A DNA stretch of 61,682 nucleotides, counting the filler, from Chiloscyllium plagiosum (Eukaryota): the NCBI RefSeq assembly GCF_004010195.1. It is 3 parts of one record of this genome, joined end to end, with 100 filler letters (N's around TTAATTAATTAA, not from the genome) between each part and the next. Parts side by side here need not be neighbours in the genome. Positions count along the whole stretch, not along the records: positions 1 to 31,068 come from NC_057716.1; 2 more parts are not named here. One strand, given 5' to 3'. The notes beneath the pieces were generated by a model. It saw only the letters and a program-made list of their open reading frames with translations, was not told the DNA's origin and made no database searches. Every line of letters starts with the position of its first letter. The first letter of the stretch is position 1. Of this stretch, positions 1 through 12,069 are shown in pieces. Both the position numbers and the translations under genes were made by a program.

Positions 1-470
1 TCTCTGGATTCATTTAAGAAAGAGTTGGATAGAGCTCTCAAGGATAGTGGAATCAAGGGTTATGGAGATAAGGCAGGAACGGGATACTGATTGAGGATGA
101 TCAGCCATGATCATAATGAATGCAGGCTCGAAGGGCAGAATGGCCTACTCCTGCACCTATTGTCTATTGTCCTTTCCCTTGGGTGGATATGGAGGGTTCA
201 AAACTAGGGGACATATTTTTGATTTAAAAAAACATGAGGACAACTTTTTTATACAGAGTGGCTCGTGTGTGGAATGAACTGCCAGAGAAAGTGGTGGATG
301 CAGATACAGTTACAATATTTAATAGACATTTGGAGAAGTTCATGAATAAGAAAGATTTGAAGGGATATGGGTCAAATACAGGCATGTGTGACTCATTTAG
401 TTTGGGAACATGGTCGGTGTGGATTGGTTGGCTTAAAGGGTCTGTCTCTATGCTGTATAACTCTTTGACT
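1..470 (+). mobile_element. Two adjacent CR1 LINE 3' ends (1-170 and 172-470)
   Basis: SLDSFKKELDRALKDSGIKGYG and RVARVWNELPEKVV C-terminal motifs; attgtct repeat tail. Confidence 0.85.
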
Positions 471-547
471 GTCTGCCCAGTGGAAATGTATGCATTCTCA
501 AGCCTTACCTTCACAATAGCATGCTCATTCATGTTATCATCCTGAGA

Positions 548-1377
548 GTCAGATTGTCCAATGGGCTGAGGAGTGGCAGTTGGAGTTTAATTTAGATAAA
601 TATGAGGTGCTGCATTTTGGGAAAGCAAATCTTAGCAGGAGTTATGCACTTAATGGTAAGGTCCGAGGGAGTGTTATTGAACAAAGAGACCTTGGAGTGC
701 AGGTTCAGTGCAGGTTCATAGTTTCTTGAAAGTAGAGTCACAGGTGGTATGCTTTCCTTTATTGGTCAGAGAACTGGGTATAGGAGTTGGGAGATCATGT
801 TGCAGCTGTACAGGATGTTGGTTGGGCCACTTTTGGAATATTGCAATTCTGGTCTCCTTCCTATCAGAAGGATGTTGTAAAACTTGAAAGGGTTCAGAAA
901 AGATTTACAAGGATTTTGCTAGAGTTGGAGGATTTGAGCTATAGGGAGAGGTTGAATAGGCTAGGGCTGTTTTTCCTGGAGCATCGAAGGTTGAGGGGTG
1001 ACCTCATAGAAGTTTATAAAATCATGAGGGGCATGGATAGAATAAATAGACAAGGTCTTTTCCCTGGAGTGGGAGAGTCCAGCACTAGAGGGCATAGGTT
1101 TAGTGTGAGAGGGGAAAGATATTAAATGAACCTAAGGGGCAAGTTTTTCACGCAGAAGGTGGTGCATGTATGGAATGAGCTGACAGAGGAAATGGTGGAG
1201 GCTGGTACAATTGCATTATTTAAAAGGCATCTGGATAGGTATATGAATAGGAAGGGTTTAGAGAGATATGGGCCAAGTGCTGGCATATGGGACTAGATTA
1301 GGTTGGGATATCTGGTTGGCAAGGACAAGTTGGACGAAGGGCTGTTTCTGTGCTGTACACCTCTATGACTCTATGAC
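548..1377 (+). mobile_element. CR1 LINE (HER1-like), 5'-truncated
   Basis: QFWSPSYQKDVVKLERVQKRFTR...RRLRGDLIEVYKIMRG; ctctatga repeat tail. Confidence 0.92.
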
Positions 1378-1469
1378 GCTATAAATACAAACACTCAACT
1401 TGGCAAAAGGGGAGCATATGAGGCAATTTTACAAGTGTGTTGGAATAAATTATGTTGGATATATAGCAG

Positions 1470-1768
1470 GAGGTGATGGCCAGGTGGTATTATCTCTAGA
1501 CTAAAAATTCAGAAAACTTGGAAGTCTGGGTTTGAATCCTACTATGATACATGGTGGAATTTGAATTTAATATTTAAAAAACGGAATGGGAAGTCTAATG
1601 ATGACCATGGAAACATTGTTGATTGACAAGGAAACTGCCATCCTTACTTGGTCTGGCCTACATATGACTCCAGACCCATGCTCAATTGCCTTCTGACAAA
1701 TGAGGCTGGGCAATAAATGCTGTAAGGGATTAAGTGATGCTTGTGTTCTATGCGTGAATAAAAAAAAG
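1470..1768 (+). mobile_element. Second SINE family; related copies at about 4433-4905(+), 8308-8670(+) and 59822-60280(-)
   Basis: Shared core ctgccatccttacctggtctggcctaca...gggcaataaatgctg and an A-rich tail. Confidence 0.7.
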
Positions 1769-2402
1769 AATGGTCCACTCTTCAGTTTCATTGCTGACAT
1801 CACTGGTTAAAGAGAGCTTCAAATCCATGAGTAAACATTGCTATTAATTACTCAATTTCCCTCATAGTAGTTACATGTTCTATCCAATTACAGAGGTTTT
1901 AAACTTTTGATAAATATGCTGTGCCTTTTTTCCAAAAAGAGTGCATCAATTTATTTCATCTACTGGCTGCCTCTATTCTTGGTGTGCTGCATTGAGATCA
2001 CTGCACTCAGAGGTTGATATAATTGTAAGGTAAGGCACAGGATGTGCCTAAGGCTAGACTTAAGTATGGAAATAGGTGTTTTTCTCTTTTTTTTTTAGTC
2101 CTCAATCACTGCATTTCCAAAAAATACAGTATTCTATTACTGTGATTCATGTGTCTCTGTTACTTTCTATATTTCTTAGTGCTCACTAAATGTTTCTCCA
2201 CAAAAATAATATAGTAATCATGTTCTGCTTTTGTTGGCACAACCTACTTTCAGAACATAGCTTGACTCTGTTCACAAACATTGCAGTAACAATGGGTTCG
2301 GCATTGAACTTGGACAGAGTAAGGGCTTTATGGAAGGGAGGGAGGACAAATCTGAACCAAACTATCTGGGCTTATCTTGTTCACCTGCTCCAAGTTATTG
2401 AA

Positions 2403-2677
2403 TATCATAGAATCCCTAAGCAGGCCATTTGGCCCATCGAGTCCACATGGAGTCTCTGAAGAGCATCCCACCCTAGACCCACCCACCTATCCTGTATTTC
2501 CCATGGCCAATCTACCTAGTCTGCACATCTTTGGATTGTGGAAGGAAACCGTAGCATCCGGAAGAAACCCTCGCAGACACGAGGGGAATGTGCAAACTCC
2601 ACACAGACAGTCGTGCAAGGGTGGGATCGAACCCAGGTTCCAGGTGCTGTGAGGTAACACTGCTAACCACTGAGCCA
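2403..2677 (-). mobile_element. HE1-type V-SINE
   Basis: tRNA-like head (tggctcagtggttagca...gggttcgatccc) and V-domain tgtgtggagtttgcacattc on the minus strand. Confidence 0.85.
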
Positions 2678-3909
2678 ATTTGTACAGAATCAATCATTCA
2701 CTTTCTGACATTCCAAAGTGTTTTAAAGTTAATTGATTATTTTTAATGTGTTGTGCTGTAGGGATTTGTTGGAGACAACTTGCTTGTACCCAGCTTCCAG
2801 AAGCAAGTATTAAGTAAATGGCCTGTTTTATGGATGATTATCTTTGAGGAGATAAAATTGACTGGTGCACAGGGAGAATTTATCTGCTCTTCAAATAGCG
2901 CCATGGGATATGTTATACCTAAATGATAAGGCACACACAGCTTGAGTTTAATGTTTGATCTGAAAGATGATACTTTTCACAAGACAGTAGTAAAATGTCA
3001 AAAAGTGTTATATATTCAAATGTTGGGAGTGGTATTGAAAACTAAAAATGGAGCTGTACTAACAAATTAAGACAAATGCCTAAATTAAGATGGAATAGAA
3101 TTTTATACACAAAAGTTAGAATGTCTTCAATAAACTTAAATAGCTGAGCATTTTCCTAAAATGTGACATCAATTAGGCACAAAGAATCTGTATTGATTTT
3201 ACACACACTATATGTCTGTTGGTCACTCAAAACCTTAAATGCTAATACCAGATCAGATAGTGACATGGGAGCAAATCCAAAGCAGGGACAGTGTAAAGAA
3301 CTTATTTAAGGCCCTGAGATGCTACAGGAGTGCTTCCAGTAATGTATCCAGTAACGGAAACCTGGCAGAATTGGACCTTATTTCAGAAGCAGACAGAAAG
3401 AAAATACATGTTGTGACTAAGAACAGCAAATGGAGTGCTCAGGAGTTGTGGTGTCACTATTTGCAAACTTACACTTGCAGCTCAAAAGTTTGTCGGCATC
3501 CTTTGTACAAATTTCAGGTTAGTGGAGCTAACACAGTGCTTCAAAAACCTCTGAAGTACTTCATGAAGCCCATTGTTTGGGTGCGCCATATATTTAGTTT
3601 TTAATTACTTTCTTTAATGTTTATCATCGGATAAATTTGATTTCTGTTCACAGTTTCTGTATGGCACAGGCTGAAAGTAAGTTCTTAGAGTTTGTCAGAA
3701 AAGGAAACATGGTTTAATTGTTCTCATCAATATTGAAACATCTTATATAAGTGACAGAAAAATGGCATCTGATCTATTTTACTAAAATAATACCCTTTAT
3801 TATGAACAGGAAGTGATGCACTGTACACACTTAACTTGCAACAAATGGAAAATATTGGATCATATAAAGAGTGAATTGTGGTTTTATTCATTCCTTCCCA
3901 CATGTTCTA

Positions 3910-4167
3910 TGGCACAGTGGTTAGCACTGCTGCTTCACAGCACCAGAAACCTGGGTTCAATTCCCAACTCAGGCAACTGTCTGTGTGGAGTTTGCACATT
4001 CTCCCCGTGTCTGCGTGGGTTTCCTCCCACAGTCCAAAAATGTGCAGGTTGGGTGAATTGGCCATACTAAATTGCCCGTAGTGTTAGGTGTAGGGGAATG
4101 AGCCTGGGTGGGTTACGCTTCGGCAGGTCGGTGTGGGCTTGTTTCCACACTGTAAGTAATCTAATCT
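3910..4167 (+). mobile_element. HE1-type V-SINE
   Basis: A/B-box head, V-domain and (AATCT)n tail. Confidence 0.88.
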
Positions 4168-4521
4168 TAATTTCCTTTGTAATATCTTCCAGTTCTAAAC
4201 ATGGGCTCAAAATGAAAATATTAAATTTTCACAATGTTTTCTGACTTACTTTGTGTTTTTCAAATAATTTCTGTATTGTTTTGTTTAGGCATGTTTTTAG
4301 AGGTCAAAACAATCCTGGAAAATTTATTGAACCAGCCCACCGTTGGTTTGTGCTTTACTCGCAGTTCTATTTGATCTGCGCTGACACAGCCTCAACAAAT
4401 GTAGTGCTAGTTCAGAACATGTTGAGAGACATAGGTTCACTAATGTCCTTTAGGGGCGGAAACTGCCATCCTTACCTGGTGTGGCCTACGTGTGTGTCCA
4501 GGCCCAGAGCAATGTGTTTGA

Positions 4522-4812
4522 TTAGATTAGATTCCCTACAGTGTGGAAACATGCCCTTCGGCCCATCAAGTCCACACCGACCCTCCGAAGAGTAATCCAC
4601 CCAGGCCCATTTCCCTCTGACTATTGCACCTAACACTACGGGCAATTTAGAATGGCCAATTCACCTGACCTGCACATCTTTGGATTGTGGGAGGAAACCG
4701 GAGCACCCGGAGGAAACCCTCGCAGACACGGGAGAATGTGCAAACTCCACGCAGACGGTCACCCAAGGCTGGAATCGAACCTGGGACCCTGGTGCTAACC
4801 ATTGAGCCACCA
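4522..4812 (-). mobile_element. HE1-type V-SINE nested in another SINE, 7-bp TSD
   Basis: tgtttga at 4515-4521 and 4813-4819. Confidence 0.9.
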
Positions 4813-4994
4813 TGTTTGACTCTGAACTGCCCTTTGGGCAATTAGGGATGGGTAAGAAATGCTGGCTGAGCCAGCAATGCCCCCATCCTGTGAATATTAA
4901 AAAAAGGATAACTGAGGCACAAGGAACTATCTTGTTTTGAGATTTTGCAATGTACCATTTTATTCTGTAGAATATTAATTGATTCACAACCCAA

Positions 4995-5265
4995 GGGGCA
5001 GCACAGTGGCTCAGTGGTTAGGAATGCAACCTCACAGCACCAGGGCCCCGGGTTCAATTCCACCCTTGAGCACCAGTCTGCGTGGAGTTTGCACATTCTC
5101 CCTGTGTTTATGTGTGTTTCCTCCCACATGTCCAAAAATGTGCAGGTTAGGTGCATTAGCCATGGAAGTGCAAGGTTACAGGGATGGGGTGGGATGCTCT
5201 TTGGCGGGTCGGTGTGGACCCAATGGGCCAAATGAATTGTTTCCACACCGTTGGAGTTCAATGAT
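4995..5265 (+). mobile_element. HE1-type V-SINE
   Basis: gggcagcacagtggctcagtggttag head and V-domain. Confidence 0.85.
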
Positions 5266-5753
5266 GACATGGATTGTATATTCAGTTTACTTACCAAAAA
5301 CCATGCTGGGAGGGGAGGGGGTGGGATCTATGGGTAGATATGGGTATTGAAATGTTCTAATAACCCAGAGTAATATTTATTAGTGGTTTCCTCTTTGACT
5401 TCTGTGTTTCCCTATCCAGATATTGTGTAATTAAAGATACACACCACTTGTAGGAGAGATTGGTGGGTGCATTGCATGTGGCTAAACTAAGGCAAGATTG
5501 TCAATAACAAACCACAAGGAAATAATAATTTCTTTTAGTAATTTCTTTTTAGTTCCTTCCCACCTGTGTTCAACTTGGCTGCAGGAAATGTGCATTATGT
5601 AAATCTGCTTTAAGAAAGTGAGCCCTTCAACTGCTGTAGTACAATGATATTCTATTTATTGATCCTTAATGTCCTCCCAGATCATCAGGGAACCTTTGCT
5701 CTAAAATATTCATTCCGAGCTGTTAACACAAATTGTTTTGTGTAATACCCCAG

Positions 5754-6067
5754 GCCATCAAGATAAACTTGGTGTTGCAGAGACAAAGCTTCTCCACACA
5801 CTGCATTGGATGCTCCTGGATGCTCCTTTTGAATGCAGCAATGAGACTGCAACTGCCTTTGGGACTTCACGAGGAGGAGGGTCCAGCTGGTCTGGAAGCA
5901 GCAGCGCTTTTGTTCACCAAGTGGAGAATCGTGGGTCTCCAGGCCAGCCTGGACAAGGAAGTGTCACAGAGGAGGAGGAGCATACAAGACCCAAGCTATT
6001 CACAAACTCGATGGCCACTGTCGAATTGTTCGTCTTCTTGTTTGCACCTCTTGTCAATAGAATTAAG
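5754..6067 (+). CDS. UNC80: UNC80 (NALCN channel complex subunit) internal coding exon, about exon 4; phase 1 to 0
   Basis: cag|GC acceptor and AAG|gtttgt donor. Translates (G)HQDKLGVAETKLLHTLHWMLLDAP...MATVELFVFLFAPLVNRIK, matching the vertebrate UNC80 N-terminal region from memory. 314 bp. Confidence 0.97.
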
Positions 6068-7225
6068 GTTTGTTTGGATAATAAATACTTTTCATAAAAT
6101 TATTGAAACTCAGTACCACTTGTTATTTGAAAATCATTTTTTAATATTCATTTGTGGCATGTGGGTGTTGCTGTCTGTGGCCCATCCCTCATTGCCTTTA
6201 AGAAGGGTTGAACCACTGCAGTCCACCTGTAGTGGGTTGACCCACAAAGCTATGAGGAAGGGAATCCAGGATTTTGACCCAGTGACAGTGAAGGAGTGGC
6301 GATATATTTCCAAGTTAGCATGGTGAGTGTTTTGGAGGGGAACTTGAAGGTGGTGGTGTTCCCATGTATTTGCTCCCCTTATCCCTGTAGGTGGAAGTGG
6401 TTGTGGGTTTGGGAGGTGATTCTGAGGATCTTTGGTGAATTTCTGCTGTGCATCTTATGGATAGTACACACTGTTGCTACTAAGCATCAGTGTTGGAAGG
6501 GATCGAAGCTTGTGGATGTGATGCCAATCAAGTGAGCTGCTATGTGTTCTGGATGTTGTCAAGCTTCCTGAGTATTGTTGGAGCTGCACTTATCTGGAAA
6601 AGCAATTTGAAAATCATATTTCAGTAAGCTAATTATTCTGAGTGTTGCTCCATTGCTGAGTTGAGATAGCAACTTATTTAATGGTGTCAGTGCAATCTGA
6701 CTCCAGTCTGTGTTTTAGTCTTCCAATATTGTTGTGCTGAACCTTAATAAATAACGGTTAGGCTTCAGCTGGAGAACTGCACCTAATTCTGGGCAGCACA
6801 CTCTCACAAGATTGGCAAAGCCGGCGTAGAAGAAATTCAACAAAATAAACCAGACGTGGAGAGACTGGAGAAACTGATGTTGCTATCCTGAAAGTAGAAG
6901 AAGATAAGAGGAGATGCAATAGCACTTCCAAGTTTTGAATAGGGTTGATAAATTTAAAAATGAGAAATAATTTCCATTTGAAAGATCAGATGGTGACCAA
7001 AGGAAACAGATATATGGCAACTAGTAAGAGAAACCGAGGAGAGTTGGGGTGTCATTACCCATTGAGTTAAGGACTGAAATATGTTGCCACAAGGGTTTTG
7101 CAGTAGATTGAATAAGAATCTTCAAAATGATTTGGGTACAGACAACAGTCTATGGGAAAAAACAAAGGGAGTAGAATGAGTTGCAAAGTTTTTTCAAGGA
7201 GCTGGCATAGACATGCTGGGCAAAG

Positions 7226-7313
7226 TTAAGAGTCAAGAGAGTGGTGCTAGAAAAGCACAGCAGGTATCCAAGGGGCAGGAAAATCGATGTTTCGGGCAAA
7301 AGCCCTTCATCAA
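7226..7313 (-). mobile_element. PLE terminal-repeat fragment with decayed hammerhead
   Basis: Contains aaatcgatgtttcgggcaaaagcccttcatcaa. Confidence 0.7.
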
Positions 7314-7381
7314 GTGCCCTTCTCCTATGTTTTATGATTCTATAATTTAACAATTGCCATCCTGTAGATATTGCATTAGAC

Positions 7382-7804
7382 CAGGGGTGGGGAACCTGCG
7401 GCCTTAAGGCTGCATGCGGCCTTCTAGGCCATTGTCTATGGCCTTTTGAATGAATCCAAATTTTGCAGAACAAATCTTTTATATTTTATTAATATGTTCT
7501 TTTGTGTCCTTTGCTATTTTTATTTTAATCTTAAAATGAATGTATTTAAAATACCAGAGAATAAAAGAAAATTCAATGAAATAATCCTCACAGACTGACT
7601 GCCACAATTAAAAAATTAGTAAGTCAAAAAGGCTATTTCGACACTTGCTATGCTCATGATTTAATTATAAAGTGATTCTAGATAGATATTTACAAAATAA
7701 TGTGAATTTTGAAGAATATATGATTGAAGTTTTTTGGATGCGGCCTTATTAGATTACAACTAACATAATGCAGCCTTCCAACATGAAAAGGTTCCCCACC
7801 TATG
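7382..7804. mobile_element. Non-autonomous hAT (Charlie-like) DNA transposon / MITE
   Basis: TIRs caggggtggggaacct / aggttccccacctatg. 8-bp TSD cattagac (7374-7381) / tattagac (7805-7812). AT-rich interior. Confidence 0.85.
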
Positions 7805-8729
7805 TATTAGACCATATATTAGACTCCATCATTTGGATTTAGAAATCCTTTATAAAGACGTTTGCATCAAATTTCCAGCAGCACTTGCAGAAATTTAGCA
7901 TGAATTTTGTTGCCCAGCTGCAGTTGACTAAATGCTGTTCAAAATCTTTGTAGTGGACATTATATTTTCCCTGCAGTTGCAGAGAAAGAATGGATTCTTT
8001 ATAAAAACATGGGTAGTACAAATTCAGCTTATCTTGTAAAAAACAACAAACTGGATTCTTTGATTCGTGCCAATTAAGGAGTAAACTCATTTTTGTAAGC
8101 AGTCTAATCTGGTTTGGCAATGTGGGGCACCAATGTAAACAAACAGTCACAACCTTTGTGAGGAGGCTTGAGAATAGCATTGAGCTAATTTTAGGAAAAC
8201 TGGAGCATTATGCAGCCAATTCATGAAGAGATTCCAAAACTATAACAGTTTTCCAACAAATGTGTGCTGCCGTAGCAACTCAGAATGAATTGTGTGATAT
8301 TGCTATTGGTGGTGGCATTGTGGTAATATCTGGGTTAATAATCCAAAGCCCCTGGCTAATCTTACAGGAAAATGCATTCAAATTCCACCATGGCTGCCTT
8401 AGAGGTGCAGGTTGAAAAATAGCAAAGTTTGAATTCAGTAAAAATCTGTAATAAAAAGCTCACTGAAAGGTAGCCATGTAACCTTTGTCAATTGTCGTAA
8501 AAACTCATCTAATTCACTAACGTCATTTAGGGAAGGAAATCTGCCATTCTTACCTGGTCTGGCTGACATGTGACTCCAGCCCCACAACAATGTAGTTAAC
8601 TCTTAACTGCCCCTGGGCAATAAATACTTACTAGTCAGTGACGCTGATATTGCATGAACAGTTTTTTCAAAAAAATAGATGAACAGGGGTTAAATACTTT
8701 ACGATTAGGTCCATTCTCTCCTATTATAA

Positions 8730-9400
8730 AACCATAAGACATAGGAGTGGAAGCAAGGCCATTCGGCCCATCGAGTCCACTCTGCCATTTAATCATGGCT
8801 GATGAGCGTTTCAATTCCACTTACCCACACTCTCCCCATAGCCCTTGATCCCTTGCGAGATCAAGAATTTATGAATCTCTGCCTTGAAGACACCCAATGT
8901 CCTGGCTTCCACTGCAGTCCATGGCAATGAATTCCACAGACCCACCACTCTCTGGATGAAGAAATGTTTCCTCATTTCTGTTCTAAATTGACCCCCTCTA
9001 CTTTTAAGTCTGTGCCCACAGGTCCTAGTCTCCCTGCCAAGGGAAGCAACTTCCCAGCATCCCCCCTTTCTAAGCCATGCATTATCTTGTAAGTTTCTAA
9101 TAGATCTCCCCTCAACCTTCTAAACTCTAATGAATATACTCCCAGGATCCTCAGCCAATCATTATATGTTAGGCTTACCATTCCAGGGATCATCTGTGTG
9201 AATCTCCGCTGGACACCCTCCAGTGCCAGTATGTCCTTCCTTTGGTGTGGGGCCCAAAATTGGACAAAGTATTCTAAATGGGACCTAACTAGAGTTTTAT
9301 AAAGTTTCAGAAGCACATTGCTGCTTTTATATTCCAAACCTCTTGAGATAAATCTTAACATTACATTTGCTTTCTTAATCACGGACTCAACCTACAAATC
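8730..9400 (-). mobile_element. CR1 LINE, 5'-truncated
   Basis: ORF 8972-9382 reads LYKTLVRSHLEYFVQFWAP...RRLRGDLLETYKIM. Confidence 0.9.
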
Positions 9401-9464
9401 AACTATTGAGCTCTGAATGCACACTTCAGTGCTACTCTTACACTAAAGGAAAAATTAACAGAGC

Positions 9465-9821
9465 ACACTGAATCCCTGAGTGCAAAAGAAGATGATTCAG
9501 TCCATCGGCTCTGCACCAATCCTTCAAAGGGCATCCCACCACAGATCCACCCGCCTACTCTAGCCCTGTAACCTTGCATTTCCCAGGGCCAATTCACCTA
9601 ACGTATATGTTCCTGAACAACATAGGCAATTTAGCGTGGCCAATTCACTTAACCTGCATATCTTTGGACTGTTGGAAGAGATCAGAGGACCCGGAGGAAA
9701 CCCATGTAAATGCAGGGAGAATGTGCAAACTCCACACAAACAGTCACCCAAGACTCGAATTGAACCCGGGTCCCTGATGCTGTGAGGTAGCAGTGCTAAC
9801 TACTGAGTCACCGTGCCACCC
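9465..9821 (-). mobile_element. HE1-type V-SINE
   Basis: Full head and V-domain on the minus strand. Confidence 0.85.
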
Positions 9822-10197
9822 AATATGTGAAAATTGAAACAGATGTAATCCTCAAAGAGGAATCATTGATTGTTATCTTGTAAATGGCACAATACTCAGT
9901 TGATTTTAATCAGCTATGCATAAGTTATTTGTTGATTATTGTTGCCTGGTGCATTTCAGTATATATCTTGTCATGCATGCTCAAGCAAGTTCACGATTTT
10001 CATCAGTGAAGTTAAATGAAAATAATAATTAGGAATTATTGTATTTTTATATCGAATATTGCAGAAAATTGACTAGAATATATTAATTTGAATAATTGTG
10101 ATTTAACATGTTTTGGATAAAATTCTGATTAAATAAAAGTAATTTACTCAGCATTTCAAAATGAATGATGTATTATTTTAAATTGTTTCTTTCTTAG

Positions 10198-10321
10198 GAA
10201 TCAGACCTTACCTTTCGCCTGGCTAGTGGTCTTGTGATTTGGCAGCCAATGTGGGAGCACAGGCATCCTGAAGCACCAGCATTTACTGCTTTGGTAAAAC
10301 CGATCAGAAATATTGTTACAG
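10198..10321 (+). CDS. UNC80: UNC80 internal coding exon, about exon 5; phase 0 to 1
   Basis: ttctttcttag|GAA acceptor and ACAG|gtgaga donor. Translates ESDLTFRLASGLVIWQPMWEHRHPEAPAFTALVKPIRNIVT. 124 bp, in frame with the previous exon. Confidence 0.97.
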
Positions 10322-10411
10322 GTGAGAAAATGGTGACAATGTGATATAGTTTAAAAGTACCTGCTCATGTTGACAAATATATAACTCAAATATAACTGTG
10401 TGGCTGAACAT

Positions 10412-10621
10412 GGAATAGAATCCCTACAGTGTGGAATCAGGCCATTCGGCAATCGAGTCCACACCAACCCTCCAAAGGGCATGCTACCCAGATCCACTCC
10501 CCTATCCTATTCCTGTAACCCTGCATGTTACCATGGCTAACCGACCTGCCCTGCACATCCTTGGACACTATGGGGCAATTTAGCATGGCCAATCCACCCA
10601 GCCTCCACACCTTTGGACTGA
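10412..10621 (-). mobile_element. HE1-type SINE, 3' half
   Basis: tagaatccctacagtgtgga tail matches the other copies. Confidence 0.8.
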
Positions 10622-12004
10622 TTGTATAAAATACCTTTGTCCACAGACATTAGAGCTATCCATATAAAATAAAAGGATTATTCCCTGTATAAAATTAATA
10701 TTTATAAGAATGGACAGTGCAGTTGTGTGATAATATTTATGGTGTAGTTTCAAAGTGTTTTAAAAATACAGGTTTAATATATCTACTATCTTAAGATACA
10801 GTCACAGAATTTGATATTCCTCTCACACCTCCAATGGATCAATTTGAGCTACAGATACATTTCAGTAGTTAATAAAGGGCTTTAGACCACTAACCCTGAC
10901 TCTGTAGTGCTGGTGTTTTCAGTGCTGTGAATTTAATTTGAAAAGGTGGATGTGGAGTCCACTCACAGCTACTTGCAGCATGGTCTGCACTGACTGCCAT
11001 TTTGTGTAGGCTGATAGCGCGTGTGGCGTGTGCTGCATGGAAGTGTGGAGAGTGAATAGAATGGATATCAGACAGCTTTTAATGTGATTTGATGTCAATC
11101 AGTATATTGACCTCACGGCTCCAGTAACTCCCCCATCGTAAACATGCTCAGGTAAACATGCATTCAGCTGCAGAGCCATTGATGATGCTATTGCTAAAAT
11201 AAGTCAGTTGTTGTCAGAACTGAACTTGGATGAAGAGAGAAACGTGCTACAGAGGGCACGTTTACAAACCTCTGGCTTATGAATGCTCCTACTTATGAAC
11301 GGATCCCATACATGGTTATAATTTGAGAGCTCCACTATATGAACATTTCCTTTACTTACAAATAGTTGTTTTCCATTGTGTTCCAACATGCGTACAATTC
11401 GACTTGTGGATAGATTCCAGAATAGAAGCATTCACAGCCTGGGGACTGTCTGTACGCTCTTTTTGTGATAAAGCACAATGCTGTCAACATTGCACAAAGA
11501 TGGAGCCAAACCTCAGGTTTTTTGTTTAAAAAATGAACAACTGGAGTTTATAAAAACTGAGCAACTGGCAGAAATGCAAAGTTAAATGGCAGCAGAACCA
11601 AAGGGCAAAACCTCTTCAATACACACGAATGGTCAGAAGTGTCTGAAATAATGCAGGTGCCATGTGTTCGCCAGTGGCCTGTGTCTTAATTACTGCTGCA
11701 GCTGATTCCCCAGCAATGCTGGGTCTTCACATAAAAGGAATATTTCTATATCTGGAAATGATGCACAGGAAGGCCTTTGAACTGAAAATGCTGCTTAAAT
11801 ATAGTATTTGACTGTTTGAGGTGGCAGTTACGATTAGTGCTCACCTCCACGAACAAGTGACTAAAATAGCCAGATTTCAAACAGGTCAGAATTTCAACCC
11901 AGTATTTGGTGCCATCTGCCTAATTTACACTGACCAAATGGACAGGCAATAGTGGAACATCCAAACACTTGTCCACGGGTTATTTTATGACTTTTCTTTT
12001 CTAG

Positions 12005-12069
12005 CTAAACGAACTTCACCCTTAAACAACAGAGGAACATCTTGTGACTCTGATAAAGCTGGAAAAACA
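12005..12069 (+). CDS. UNC80: UNC80 internal coding exon, about exon 6; phase 1 to 0
   Basis: cttttcttttctag|CT acceptor and ACA|gtaagt donor. Translates (A)KRTSPLNNRGTSCDSDKAGKT, resembling human AKRSSPINSQ. 65 bp; phases fit both neighbours. Confidence 0.9.

Noticed and set aside
3239..3604. 121-aa ORF in an UNC80 intron
   Set aside because: No recognisable homology or convincing splice sites; length is compatible with chance.
5733..6326. 197-aa ORF
   Set aside because: Alternative frame over the UNC80 exon, running into intron and repeat sequence.
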